Shown here: positions 7,975 through 18,240 of the stretch, in pieces | Layout: every line of letters starts with the position of its first letter | Numbering within the stretch: position 1 is the first letter of the stretch | DNA from: Candidatus Babeliaceae bacterium | GTDB taxonomy: Bacteria; Babelota; Babeliae; Babelales; Babelaceae | Direction: 5' to 3' | DNA length: 64,000 nt | Assembly (NCBI GenBank): GCA_007116155.1 | Contig: SKJC01000006.1 | Span: 31,951 to 95,950 of the forward strand | The notes under the pieces: generated by a model | Told to the model about the DNA's origin: nothing | What the model saw: only the letters and a program-made list of their open reading frames with translations | Databases searched by the model: none | Position numbers and translations under genes: made by a program

Positions 7975-10485
7975 ATGAAAAATAATAAATATATCTCTAT
8001 CCAAGGGGCACGCGAACACAATCTAAAAAATGTATCTGTAAACATTCCCAAGGAAAGCTTAACCGTCATTACAGGACCCTCTGGATCAGGAAAAAGCTCA
8101 CTTGCTTTTGATATTCTCTACGCAGAAGGGCAACGACGCTATCTCGAATCACTCTCCTCATACGCACGACAATTTTTAGGCATGCCCCAAAAACCAAATT
8201 GTGACGCTATTAACGGATTATCCCCCGCTATTGCCATTGATCAAAAAACAGTTGGCTCTAACCCCCGATCCACAGTTGGAACCATTACTGAAATTACTGA
8301 TTATTTACGTATTCTTTTTGCCCGTATTGGTGAAGCATCATGCCCATCATGCAATAGTGTTATTAAACCAAGCAGCATTCAAAATATTATTTCCCACATC
8401 ACACAACAATATAAAGACACCACAATTGACATATATGCCCCTTTAGTCGAACGCCGAAAAGGAACGTTCACAAAAGAGCTAGAAGAATGGATTGAACAGG
8501 GAGCCTTTATATTTCTTATAGATGGAACAACTCAAAAAATTCGATCAATCGAACAGCTACAACAACTCAATCTTGATAAAAATAAGCCGCACACCATTCA
8601 AGCCTATATAGATACAATCTCCATCGCTAAGGCTGGAGTAGAGGATATCGCACGCCTTAATGAAGCAGTAGAAAAAAGCTGCATACTTGGAAACGGACGC
8701 TGTCTTATAAAAAATCTAAATCAAGAAGAACAGGTATTTTCAATCCATCGGAGTTGCACAGCTTGTGGTACATCTATTCCCGACTTTGAACCCCGTCACT
8801 TTTCATTTAATTCCCCCATTGGCGCATGCAAAGAATGTCATGGACTTGGGGTAATCATAACTAAAGAAACATATTGGAGCTCTCACCAGCAAACATGTAC
8901 ACGGTGTCACGGCAAGCGGCTCAATGTGCTTGCTCTCTCGGTACATGTACACAAAAAAAATATCTACGATCTTGGCGAACTTTCCATCCAAGAACTACGT
9001 GTATTTTTTACCAATCTTCAACTTGAACAACATCAGAAAGAAATCGCTCAACGGCTGATTGATGAAATCCAACACCGCGTTTCCTTTTTGATCAATGTTG
9101 GACTTGATTATCTTTCTATTAATCGCGATGCACGGTCACTTTCTGGTGGTGAAGGTCAACGCATACGACTTGCGCGCCAACTCGGTTCTGCTCTAAGTGG
9201 CATACTCTATCTCTTAGATGAACCAAGCATTGGATTACATCAACGCGACAACGAACGATTGATTGAGACCTTAAAAAACTTACGTGATCAAGGAAATACG
9301 GTTATCGTTGTTGAGCACGATTTTGAAACAATGAATAGCGCCGACTATATTATTGATATGGGACCAGGCGCTGGCATTCATGGTGGCACTGTTATAGCAA
9401 CAGGAACGCCAAATGAGATCAAAACCAATCCAAACTCCCTTACCGGCAACTATTTATCAGGAAAACGCGCATTACCTATTCCCCCTCGCCGAAGAATTCC
9501 AACAGGCTACCTTTCCATAACCAATGCGCAAGCGAATAACTTAAAAAACATTGCTGTTAAGATTCCGTTAGGAATTCTCTGTTCCGTTTCAGGTGTTTCT
9601 GGCTCAGGTAAAAGCTCTCTGGTTTTTGATGAAATTGTTCCTGCACTGCAAGAAAAGCTCGGTTCAAAAACATGGAAAGCTCATACTTCCGAAATTACCG
9701 GAACAGAACAACTCTTTTCCACTGTCGTTATTGACCAGAGTCCTATTGGTCGAACACCACGATCAAACCCCGCAACCTATGTTGGTTTTTTTGACGAAAT
9801 TAGAAACCTATTTGCACAACTCCCTGAAAGTGTTGCTCGCGGCTATAAAGCAGGACGATTTAGCTTCAATGTTCGTGAAGGACGCTGTCACGATTGTAAT
9901 GGCGAAGGAACCAAGACAATCTCTATGCACTTTCTACCCGATGTCGTCATTGAATGTCGCAGCTGCAAAGGAAGACGATTTAACCGGCAGACACTCGAAA
10001 TAACCTATCGTGGCAAAAGCATTGCCGATATTTTAGCTATGACGGTAGAAGAGGCGCAGGATTTTTTCATCCACCACAAACAGATTCAAAAACGGCTGCA
10101 ACTACTCTGCGATGTCGGACTCGATTACCTGACACTCGGACAACCAGCAACCACTCTTTCTGGGGGGGAAGCGCAACGCATTAAACTGGTTAACGAACTA
10201 GCAAAACGGGGTGATCGAACACTCTACATACTCGATGAACCAACCACAGGACTTCATGCCTGCGACGTTGAAAAATTATTATCCGTCTTTAATCGACTTA
10301 TTGAAAAAGGAAACTCAATACTCGTTATTGAACACAATTTAGATATTTTACAATATTCAGATTATATCATTGATATCGGCCCAGAAGGTGGCGTTAACGG
10401 CGGAACTATCGTTGCTCAAGGAACACCAGAGCAATTACAACATGCCACAAATAGCCATACCGGAAGATACCTACAACTACCATAA
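7975..10485 (+). CDS. uvrA: Excinuclease ABC subunit A
   Basis: GPSGSGKSSLAFDILYAEGQRRYLESLS. Zinc-finger cysteines CTACGTSIP...CKECHGLG. Second ABC module GVSGSGKSSL...LSGGEAQRIKL...LYILDEPTTGLH. At 836 aa it is about 100 aa shorter than E. coli UvrA. Confidence 0.95.
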   Translation: MKNNKYISIQGAREHNLKNVSVNIPKESLTVITGPSGSGKSSLAFDILYAEGQRRYLESLSSYARQFLGMPQKPNCDAINGLSPAIAIDQKTVGSNPRSTVGTITEITDYLRILFARIGEASCPSCNSVIKPSSIQNIISHITQQYKDTTIDIYAPLVERRKGTFTKELEEWIEQGAFIFLIDGTTQKIRSIEQLQQLNLDKNKPHTIQAYIDTISIAKAGVEDIARLNEAVEKSCILGNGRCLIKNLNQEEQVFSIHRSCTACGTSIPDFEPRHFSFNSPIGACKECHGLGVIITKETYWSSHQQTCTRCHGKRLNVLALSVHVHKKNIYDLGELSIQELRVFFTNLQLEQHQKEIAQRLIDEIQHRVSFLINVGLDYLSINRDARSLSGGEGQRIRLARQLGSALSGILYLLDEPSIGLHQRDNERLIETLKNLRDQGNTVIVVEHDFETMNSADYIIDMGPGAGIHGGTVIATGTPNEIKTNPNSLTGNYLSGKRALPIPPRRRIPTGYLSITNAQANNLKNIAVKIPLGILCSVSGVSGSGKSSLVFDEIVPALQEKLGSKTWKAHTSEITGTEQLFSTVVIDQSPIGRTPRSNPATYVGFFDEIRNLFAQLPESVARGYKAGRFSFNVREGRCHDCNGEGTKTISMHFLPDVVIECRSCKGRRFNRQTLEITYRGKSIADILAMTVEEAQDFFIHHKQIQKRLQLLCDVGLDYLTLGQPATTLSGGEAQRIKLVNELAKRGDRTLYILDEPTTGLHACDVEKLLSVFNRLIEKGNSILVIEHNLDILQYSDYIIDIGPEGGVNGGTIVAQGTPEQLQHATNSHTGRYLQLP

Positions 10486-10511
10486 AATAAACCAATGGGG
10501 GAACATAAACC

Positions 10512-11555
10512 ATGACTGATTATCTTTCTAAAAAACGCATCCTGGTATTATTCAGCAGCTTGCTCTGGATACAACCAGCACTGCGGGCTGCAAAAAGCCA
10601 AGTAACAATAGAATCATTATTAGAAAGCAATACCTCTGAATATATTCTGCAACCACTAGATACCATAACTATTGAGCGTCATGTAAAAAAACTTCAAAAA
10701 CATAATCGATTACTGCCGATTCTTAAAGCCGGCAGTTTATCCTGCGCTGCAGGCATCCTTGCATTTACCGGGTTAAATTACGCAAAACAATATACGCAAA
10801 CAGAAACAATTACACAATTATGGCAATTTCTCAAGGGAGCAAAAATAAAACAGTCGGACACTAGAAAAAAACCTCATGGCATACAACGTATTAAGACATG
10901 GTTATCAGGAGTACGCAAAAACATCTCTGAAAAGCGCCTATTCTTTGCCAATTTGCGCAATTATCTACAAAGCAGAACAACACAAAGCAGTACAGTTCTT
11001 ATAAAAAACATGGTACTCCCCATACTAGGTAACACCTTGGCGCAAAGTATTACCGCAGCAATGGCAACATACCTACCACTGGCTGAAATTTTTAATCAAA
11101 AACTTTCATTTGCCTGGTTTATAAAAACACAGACGCAGTATGCCCACAATATCGATATTTATAAGCGCGCACTAACCGAATTAAGCACAACCATAGACCA
11201 ACAAACACAAAACTCACAACTTCTCTATCTACAAAACGCAGCACAAGGTATCATCCATGATCTTGAAAAAATTATTGCGTTCCTAAAAATCGAACAACTC
11301 AACACGCAAGGAACTGAAAAGCTAGAAACACTACGATCACTAGAACAGGTAGTAACGTTGCTGGCTGAACAATGCTACCAACAAACACGTGGTATCTTCA
11401 CGGTTTTTACTCAAGATATTCTCAACGAAGCCAAACGACAAACATGCATCCCAGACGGCCTAAAAACTATTGCCTATCTAGAGCTTTTCGGCAATAAATT
11501 GCTCACAATCACAAGCATACCATCTCCCTGGTTGCCCAGTTTATTGAATTACTAG
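10512..11555 (+). CDS. Hypothetical protein with signal peptide, lineage-specific
   Basis: ORF only. Hydrophobic N-terminus. Inserted between uvrA and mutS. Confidence 0.5.
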   Translation: MTDYLSKKRILVLFSSLLWIQPALRAAKSQVTIESLLESNTSEYILQPLDTITIERHVKKLQKHNRLLPILKAGSLSCAAGILAFTGLNYAKQYTQTETITQLWQFLKGAKIKQSDTRKKPHGIQRIKTWLSGVRKNISEKRLFFANLRNYLQSRTTQSSTVLIKNMVLPILGNTLAQSITAAMATYLPLAEIFNQKLSFAWFIKTQTQYAHNIDIYKRALTELSTTIDQQTQNSQLLYLQNAAQGIIHDLEKIIAFLKIEQLNTQGTEKLETLRSLEQVVTLLAEQCYQQTRGIFTVFTQDILNEAKRQTCIPDGLKTIAYLELFGNKLLTITSIPSPWLPSLLNY

Positions 11556-11574
11556 AATAGCATAGAAGCTACGC

Positions 11575-11586
11575 CATTTTTTTGTA
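11575..11586. promoter_or_regulatory. Inverted repeat TATAC-tg-GTATA in the mutS promoter region. Shares the TTGTATA core with the uvrA palindrome.
   Basis: tttTTGTATACtgGTATAaaaac lies 35 nt upstream of the mutS ATG. Confidence 0.25.
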
Positions 11587-11620
11587 TACTGGTATAAAAA
11601 CTTCTTACTGAGCCAAGATT

Positions 11621-14029
11621 ATGAGTAAACCATCCCCATTACTACAACAGTATTTTGAAATAAAAGCCGAATATCCCGACACCCTACTATTATTTCAAGT
11701 TGGTGACTTTTACGAACTCTTTTTTGAAGACGCGCAAACTGCTTCAGCATTTCTTGGTATTACACTAACTAAACGGGGAACATATAACCAAAAGCCAGTT
11801 CCATTATGTGGTGTTCCGATACACACTCTTGACCACTATCTTATTAAATTAATCCGCGGAGGCTTTAAAGTCGCGCTCTGTGACCAGCTTGAACTGGCCC
11901 GCCCCGGAAAGCTAGTTGCACGCGGCGTCACACAGGTCTTAACCCCAGGCACCTTAACTGATGCACGCATGATCGATGAAAAACACGCATCGTATTGTGT
12001 TGCTATCTACCCACAACCCAACGGCGATACTGGCATTGCGGCTGCTGAATTACTAACCGGACAACTTTTTGCAACTACCATCAGCGCTAATCATCCCGCA
12101 TTACTTGATGCCGAACTAGCCCGATTTTCCCCTGACGAGATCCTCCTACCTCTTGATCAAAAAGACCGCCCCCTTGCGCGGCAGATACAAAAAACTGGAT
12201 ACTGCATATCCTGGTTTGACGCCACATCATATCAAGAAATTTTTAATGAGTGGCTTTCAGGAAACGAACCGGCAGTACAAACCCTTGTTACCCATTCACC
12301 AACTATTTCAAGCGCATTATTACTACTTATCGGCTTTTTAAAACAGAACCAAGAGCGCGCATTGGCCTTCACCGGAACGCTTTCGCTATACACCCCATAT
12401 GACTTCCTCATGCTAGATGCCGCAACACAAAAAAATCTAGAACTCTTCCCCTTGGAAAAAAAGAATAAAGAAGCACAAACACTGTTTCAGATCCTAGATC
12501 AATGTGTTACCGCGATGGGTTCGCGCCAACTCAAAAAATGGATCGTACGTCCAAGTCAAAAAATAACTACTATCACCGAGCGTCTTTCAGCTATTACAAC
12601 ATTAAAAGAGAATCTTTTTACGCGAGAACATGTAGCACAAATATTACAACACATTGGTGACCTTGAACGAATTACTGGACGAATTTTACTACAAAGAAAC
12701 TCCCTTCGGGATCTTATTCAACTACGATCTGCACTTCTCGCAATCAAAAAACTCACACACACGCTTTCTGATATTGCTGAAAATCCGTATTTTGCAAAGC
12801 TAAAAAACACATTGTTCGATTTTTCCCCCTTAACAACTTTTTTACAAAAAGCCCTCACTGACGACCCCAATGATCAATGGCACATTCGCCCCGGATATAA
12901 CCAAGCACTTGATCAAGCACGAGAACAAACCCAAAATGGAGCGTATGCTATTGCACAATTTGAAGCATCAGAACGCAAAAGAACAGGCATCTCTTCACTC
13001 AAAATCAAATTTAATCGAATTCAAGGGTATGCCATTGAATTAACAAAGGCACAATCAGCTAGTGCGCCTCAAGAATATAGTAAGCTACAGACATTAGTAA
13101 ATGCGACACGATACACCACACCTGAGCTCCAACAACTTGAATATCAACTACAAACCGCTGAAGAACAAGCACAACAGCTAGACAAACAGATTTATGAAGA
13201 ACTTATACAGATGACACTATCCTTTGGCCCGCATTTACGAAAATCTGCTCAAACTATCGCTATTATTGACAGCCTATATGGACTCACTTCTTGCGCACTT
13301 ACCCACAACTGGGTTGCACCAAAAATTAAAGAAACCGGTGCATTGCATATCCAACAAGGAAAACATCCCGTAGTTGCTGCACACCTAGGCAATGAATTTG
13401 TTCCAAACAGCACAACTATGGACACGGAAACGCGAACATGGATTATCACCGGACCCAATATGGGCGGCAAATCTACCTATCTGCGGCAAGTTGCACTTAT
13501 TGTACTTCTTGCGCATATCGGATCCTACGTTCCGGCAAGCTACGCTGAAATTCCTTGTACCGACCGAATTTTTACCCGCATAGGCGCATCCGACAATGTT
13601 ACTGCAGGGAAAAGTACATTTTTAGTCGAAATGGAAGAAACAGCGCTCATTTGCAACCACGCAACCAAAAATTCACTCGTTATTCTCGATGAAGTTGGCC
13701 GCGGCACCAGCACCTATGATGGCCTTGCAATAGCTCAAGCAGTTGTTGAATATTTGCATACACATATTCAAGCAAAAGCGCTTTTTGCGACACATTTCCA
13801 TGAAATAACCGAACTATGCAAGACTATGCAGGGGATTGTTGCATATCATGCAGCAAGCATACAGACACCCGAAGGAATTCTTTTACTACATAAAATTGAG
13901 CCTGGCTGTGCGCAGGGAAGCTTTGGTCTTGAAGTTGCACGACAAGCACAACTGCCCTCCGCAATTACTCAACGAGCCGAACATCTATTAACTCAATTTA
14001 CTAAACAGAAACAGGAACCAGTCGCATAA
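11621..14029 (+). CDS. mutS: DNA mismatch repair protein MutS
   Basis: N-terminal LLQQYFEIKAEYPDTLLLFQVGDFYELFFEDA. Walker A GPNMGGKSTYLRQVALIVLLAHIGSYVPA. DEVGRGTSTYDG. 802 aa. Confidence 0.95.
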   Translation: MSKPSPLLQQYFEIKAEYPDTLLLFQVGDFYELFFEDAQTASAFLGITLTKRGTYNQKPVPLCGVPIHTLDHYLIKLIRGGFKVALCDQLELARPGKLVARGVTQVLTPGTLTDARMIDEKHASYCVAIYPQPNGDTGIAAAELLTGQLFATTISANHPALLDAELARFSPDEILLPLDQKDRPLARQIQKTGYCISWFDATSYQEIFNEWLSGNEPAVQTLVTHSPTISSALLLLIGFLKQNQERALAFTGTLSLYTPYDFLMLDAATQKNLELFPLEKKNKEAQTLFQILDQCVTAMGSRQLKKWIVRPSQKITTITERLSAITTLKENLFTREHVAQILQHIGDLERITGRILLQRNSLRDLIQLRSALLAIKKLTHTLSDIAENPYFAKLKNTLFDFSPLTTFLQKALTDDPNDQWHIRPGYNQALDQAREQTQNGAYAIAQFEASERKRTGISSLKIKFNRIQGYAIELTKAQSASAPQEYSKLQTLVNATRYTTPELQQLEYQLQTAEEQAQQLDKQIYEELIQMTLSFGPHLRKSAQTIAIIDSLYGLTSCALTHNWVAPKIKETGALHIQQGKHPVVAAHLGNEFVPNSTTMDTETRTWIITGPNMGGKSTYLRQVALIVLLAHIGSYVPASYAEIPCTDRIFTRIGASDNVTAGKSTFLVEMEETALICNHATKNSLVILDEVGRGTSTYDGLAIAQAVVEYLHTHIQAKALFATHFHEITELCKTMQGIVAYHAASIQTPEGILLLHKIEPGCAQGSFGLEVARQAQLPSAITQRAEHLLTQFTKQKQEPVA

Positions 14030-14104
14030 ACTCTTGCACAGATACAATATCAAAAACTATACTGCAAGCAGAATTAGTCATTTTCGTATCCACAAGGTTA
14101 ATGT

Positions 14105-14638
14105 ATGGAAAAAAAAACAGCTCTATCCCTTATTTTTCTTATAGCATCCATAGCCCTAGAAAGTACACCGAACATACCAACAACTAGCCGATATCAGTTC
14201 TTTTTACAAAGAAACCAACTCTCTTCGATTCTTGGATTAATCGGTGAATTAAAAGCACTCGAACACGCATACAACGAGCAAAACAGCGCATATCACTATG
14301 AAATTGTGCAAAGTACTCCGGAAGAATATCAAGCATATCTTAATGCATGGGTACAAAAAATTATTCACAAACTATGGAATCTCGAACTATCAATCCTGCC
14401 AAATACCGATCGATATAAACAGCAACTAGCTGAAGCCATTTTACACATAGATATAGCAACCGATCTCGGTATAATTCCTGCACTCCAAAGCTATGCAGAA
14501 GAGCAAATACGAAATGCAAAGACACCTGAACAACAGAAAGCAGCCATAACAGTTGCTACCCTGTTACAGCTGCTCATATCACCTATTGAATGGCAATTAT
14601 GGCTTCAAGAAATACAAGCCAAACCTACAGTTGAATAG
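14105..14638 (+). CDS. Hypothetical secreted protein
   Basis: Signal-like N-terminus LSLIFLIASIALES. No domain recognised. Confidence 0.5.
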   Translation: MEKKTALSLIFLIASIALESTPNIPTTSRYQFFLQRNQLSSILGLIGELKALEHAYNEQNSAYHYEIVQSTPEEYQAYLNAWVQKIIHKLWNLELSILPNTDRYKQQLAEAILHIDIATDLGIIPALQSYAEEQIRNAKTPEQQKAAITVATLLQLLISPIEWQLWLQEIQAKPTVE

Positions 14639-16496
14639 CCAATTCTGCTTTTTTACCAAAGACCGCTGCAGTTTTTCTCGTTTCAGCAAGTGGTGAGAAC
14701 AAAGACCATCCGAATGAAGAAAAAGGTTGAGAAACACATATTACATCTTGCACTGCTGCACGTTTATTAATCCAGAAATACGCACATCCAGCAATTCCTG
14801 CAAGTACAGGTAACGCTAGCGTAACACGAGAAAGAATTGGATGTTTTTCTCTCCAGGATCGAAGAGTGCCAACCAAATACTTTGCAAAAGAATTGTTTGA
14901 AATTTCTTCTTCTATAGCAAACAATTTACAGATTCTTTCATAAGAATCTTTAACTTGCTGAGCGCGTACATTAATATTATTACCATCAAAACCACCACTA
15001 AACTGGTCACGGCTTGCCCTGAGCTCGTTGAATTCCTTGAAAACCGTCTCTACAAATTTTTTGCGAATCGACACATCTATTTTAAGTTCCTCCTCCTTAT
15101 CCCTTTTCATCTCAGCAGTAGCGGGAATAATAGGGTTTTTTAGATTCTCTAGTTGTGATTTTCTACCACTCAGTTTTTGAAAATCAAGACCTGGAGATGT
15201 AATCGACTCATTCCATAACGTTTCAATAATCTTTGAATTGCCCTTACGAAGAACCGCTTCAAGGAACATTTGCGTCATATCCCAGTCTTCAGAACAATAA
15301 GCCGTTAACACTCCTTGCAATGCATCTTTTGATTGTAAGCACAGGTTATTCACCGACATGTTTTCAAAATTTTTAACAGATTCTTGATTTTCCTCTTCAT
15401 TGCAGAAAGACCCCAGACCGTTTAAAAAGTTCTCTAAAACATTAAATTTACCTAAGGCAGCAAAAGCGCTGTAGGGATATCCTTCGCCAATAACAACTGA
15501 ATCAGAATCATAGGCCTTTTGAAATTTAAGATAGCAAACCCCTCGTGGGCATGACTGATCAACACACTCTCCTAAACGAGCTAAGTCTTTCTTATCTTCG
15601 TCCAATAAATCTTTTTCCAATGAAGAAGAAATTCTACAAAACTCAGTATGCGCGTTTCTGAAAATCAAAATTTTTTGCTCAGCTGTCAGCTTTTCTTGAT
15701 CAAAAACGATCTGTTTATCTGGCGAGGCAAGAATCACGTCTTTTAAAGCTTTGTCCTGCAAAAAAACCTTTTGCAATGCAGCCGTAAAATCAACCATGTT
15801 TCCTTCTCCTGACGGCGGCTTAATTTCAGTCTGAAACACGGTCTTTTTAATATACTCTAAAGCAGCTTTTTCATCTTCAAACAAAAGTTCTTGGAATCCA
15901 CTTGAAGAATTATTCGATCCCTGACAGGCTTCAATAATTTTTTGAGCCTTAGACTTCCAAGTCTCTTTTTGGTTTACAATAATATCTATTATTGATGCTT
16001 CTGCCTTATCTAAACAATCAAAATCTATATCATCTGACCCAAAGGAAAGCTTAAAGAGATTGGCAATGTCATCGTTGTTCATATTTACACACTTAAACGG
16101 CGCCACCGATGCAATAAAAAAACCAAGAGCATATACCTTGCTTTTCTGACTAATAATATTTTTATCTACTACCGTCGTTTCTGGAGCTGCCTCAGGCACA
16201 TGTGGGAACAATTCCTGATACTCCGAAGGTGCACTCGGGTAGATATTTTCATACGAAACATTTGGATTAAAAAAAGAACTGCTACCATAATCCGAAAAAA
16301 AAACGTTGCCCCGTACTTCTCGTTCTGCCGGCGGCGCTGAAGGCTCCACGGGCGTTGTATAATCAAACCGTGCTGAGGAGCTGTTATCTGGACAAACCCA
16401 CGAAGGGCTGAATTCATTTGGGTTCGCCAACGTATATAAAGGACACACGAGCATAGCGCAACACAAAAACACAAACAGACTATATCTTTTATTCAT
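14625..16496 (-). CDS. Large hypothetical secreted protein: acidic, Pro-rich N-region, C-terminal membrane anchor
   Basis: Signal peptide MNKRYSLFVFLCCAMLVCPLYTLA. 623 aa. C-terminal hydrophobic helix VTLALPVLAGIAGCAYFWI. No known domain. Confidence 0.6.
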   Translation of the reverse strand: MNKRYSLFVFLCCAMLVCPLYTLANPNEFSPSWVCPDNSSSARFDYTTPVEPSAPPAEREVRGNVFFSDYGSSSFFNPNVSYENIYPSAPSEYQELFPHVPEAAPETTVVDKNIISQKSKVYALGFFIASVAPFKCVNMNNDDIANLFKLSFGSDDIDFDCLDKAEASIIDIIVNQKETWKSKAQKIIEACQGSNNSSSGFQELLFEDEKAALEYIKKTVFQTEIKPPSGEGNMVDFTAALQKVFLQDKALKDVILASPDKQIVFDQEKLTAEQKILIFRNAHTEFCRISSSLEKDLLDEDKKDLARLGECVDQSCPRGVCYLKFQKAYDSDSVVIGEGYPYSAFAALGKFNVLENFLNGLGSFCNEEENQESVKNFENMSVNNLCLQSKDALQGVLTAYCSEDWDMTQMFLEAVLRKGNSKIIETLWNESITSPGLDFQKLSGRKSQLENLKNPIIPATAEMKRDKEEELKIDVSIRKKFVETVFKEFNELRASRDQFSGGFDGNNINVRAQQVKDSYERICKLFAIEEEISNNSFAKYLVGTLRSWREKHPILSRVTLALPVLAGIAGCAYFWINKRAAVQDVICVSQPFSSFGWSLFSPLAETRKTAAVFGKKAELAIQL

Positions 16497-16653
16497 AATT
16501 TACCTTTTTATAACTATACTAACTATAAAATAGTATTCAAAAACAATTTCACCTTTACCATAATCTACATAATTTTTTATCGTAAAGAGCAAGATGAGAA
16601 AATTTTCATATTGTAAATAAATATTACCATTTTTTATATAAAAAGCAAGCGCC

Positions 16654-18240
16654 ATGGGAATTTTTGTTGTGAAATTTATACTGCCATTACCAATGTCCAT
16701 AACTTTTTTTATCTATGCAGCAAATGCATGTACTGCATCAAGAGAAATCCCGTGGGAACATCTTGTTAAAAAAAGCTTTACTGGAGACTATTTGGATGAA
16801 GCAACTAAAAAAAACAAATTTTTATGCACCATGTATGCAACCGAACGGGAAAAAAAGCTTGCTCTCGCAACTACGCTTGAACAAGTTATTGCCCGCAACA
16901 ACCATCTTTCATCAATGTTTTTTGAGCTCAAAGCAAAAGAGTACAAATTATTCTTCAAAGAAAATAAAATGCTCTTTAATATGCTCAATGAACTTAGACT
17001 ACCAAAGTCATATCAGCATCTCTGCTCCGGCTTTTACCTGCTCCTGCGCAACTCGCGCTACGTTCAAAACCTTTTAACTTTTTGGGATAAAAACCCCCAG
17101 AGCGAAGACATTCCCCCATTACATGAGCTGCTCAACGATCTCGAGATACCCAAAACAATTGCCAAACAGCTCATACTCATACTTGCCAAATTTGAATCAG
17201 GAAAAAAAGAGACCATCAAGCAAACACTCGCTGCAGCTGAATCACGCAAAATTATAAAACAACTTATTCGGATAGGCGAAAAACTACAACTAACGAAAGA
17301 AGTTCTACAAACACTAGCCCACGCTTACTGCACACACAGAGACAATCAATGGATAACCAGTTCACAACAAGAGCGCATCATAAAACGCCTGGAAGGGTTA
17401 ACTCGTTTTTTTGGGCACACGCTAAAAACACAGACCACCTCAGCGCCCTCCCTCACGTTTCAAGGAAGCATTCCAGGGTCAATTAACAAACACCATTGGC
17501 AATGCTGCACACCGTTTTCCCCCGACGGGCAGAAGCTAGTTGTAGAAACATGTGATCAATCAGGAGAGCTGCAGATCTGGAATGCAATAGACAAAGCGCT
17601 TACATCAAGCATATTTACTTGCCCCTTGAGCAATCAGGCCCCAGCCTTTAACAGCAATGGCACTTATATAGGCTACATAAACCTAATCACACGGCACATA
17701 GACATCCATGAGACTTCTACAGGAGATAAAATCATATGGATTCCATTGCAAACTCAAAACAAAAAATGCCACGTAGCATTCGACGAAAAAAATCCGGCCC
17801 TGCTCTACGTACAAGAAGAAGCCACAATCCAATGCTGGCTCATTACCTCAGATGGTGCGCAAATACACTCCACATGTACTCATCCGCCAAAAGAGCTACA
17901 AAAATACCAACCTGGCTATATTGCACCTTTCAACCGATACTCCATACATGAAGAAATTCTCTACAAGACAGGGAATAAAAAAGTCATTGCCAAGCTTCCT
18001 ATCCAAAAACTAACGCTTTGGCAGAGAATCACACAACAAAAACAACAGCGCATTTTTTATAACCAAAAAACTCAACTTCTTGCTATAGAATACAACAACA
18101 ACGAGCCTGACGGACGTATAGACCTGTACCTAATACAAAAAAAAATACCCGTCACGCCTCTTGAAAAATTCATATACATAGTACGAAAAAACCAGAGTAC
18201 TCAACCATTACGCCACACTACATCTGCTCTGGAGAGCTAA
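16654..18240 (+). CDS. Hypothetical protein with WD40-like beta-propeller repeats (eukaryotic-like)
   Basis: FSPDGQKLVVETCDQSGELQIWNA matches the WD-repeat signature pattern (SPDG...DG.I.W). Several further beta-strand-rich repeats follow over aa 280-430. Confidence 0.55.
   Translation: MGIFVVKFILPLPMSITFFIYAANACTASREIPWEHLVKKSFTGDYLDEATKKNKFLCTMYATEREKKLALATTLEQVIARNNHLSSMFFELKAKEYKLFFKENKMLFNMLNELRLPKSYQHLCSGFYLLLRNSRYVQNLLTFWDKNPQSEDIPPLHELLNDLEIPKTIAKQLILILAKFESGKKETIKQTLAAAESRKIIKQLIRIGEKLQLTKEVLQTLAHAYCTHRDNQWITSSQQERIIKRLEGLTRFFGHTLKTQTTSAPSLTFQGSIPGSINKHHWQCCTPFSPDGQKLVVETCDQSGELQIWNAIDKALTSSIFTCPLSNQAPAFNSNGTYIGYINLITRHIDIHETSTGDKIIWIPLQTQNKKCHVAFDEKNPALLYVQEEATIQCWLITSDGAQIHSTCTHPPKELQKYQPGYIAPFNRYSIHEEILYKTGNKKVIAKLPIQKLTLWQRITQQKQQRIFYNQKTQLLAIEYNNNEPDGRIDLYLIQKKIPVTPLEKFIYIVRKNQSTQPLRHTTSALES

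Noticed and set aside
16500-16700. 66-aa ORF on the minus strand.
   Set aside because: It falls in the AT-rich divergent promoter region between the 14625-16496 gene and the WD40-like gene, and is low-complexity Ile/Asn/Tyr-rich.
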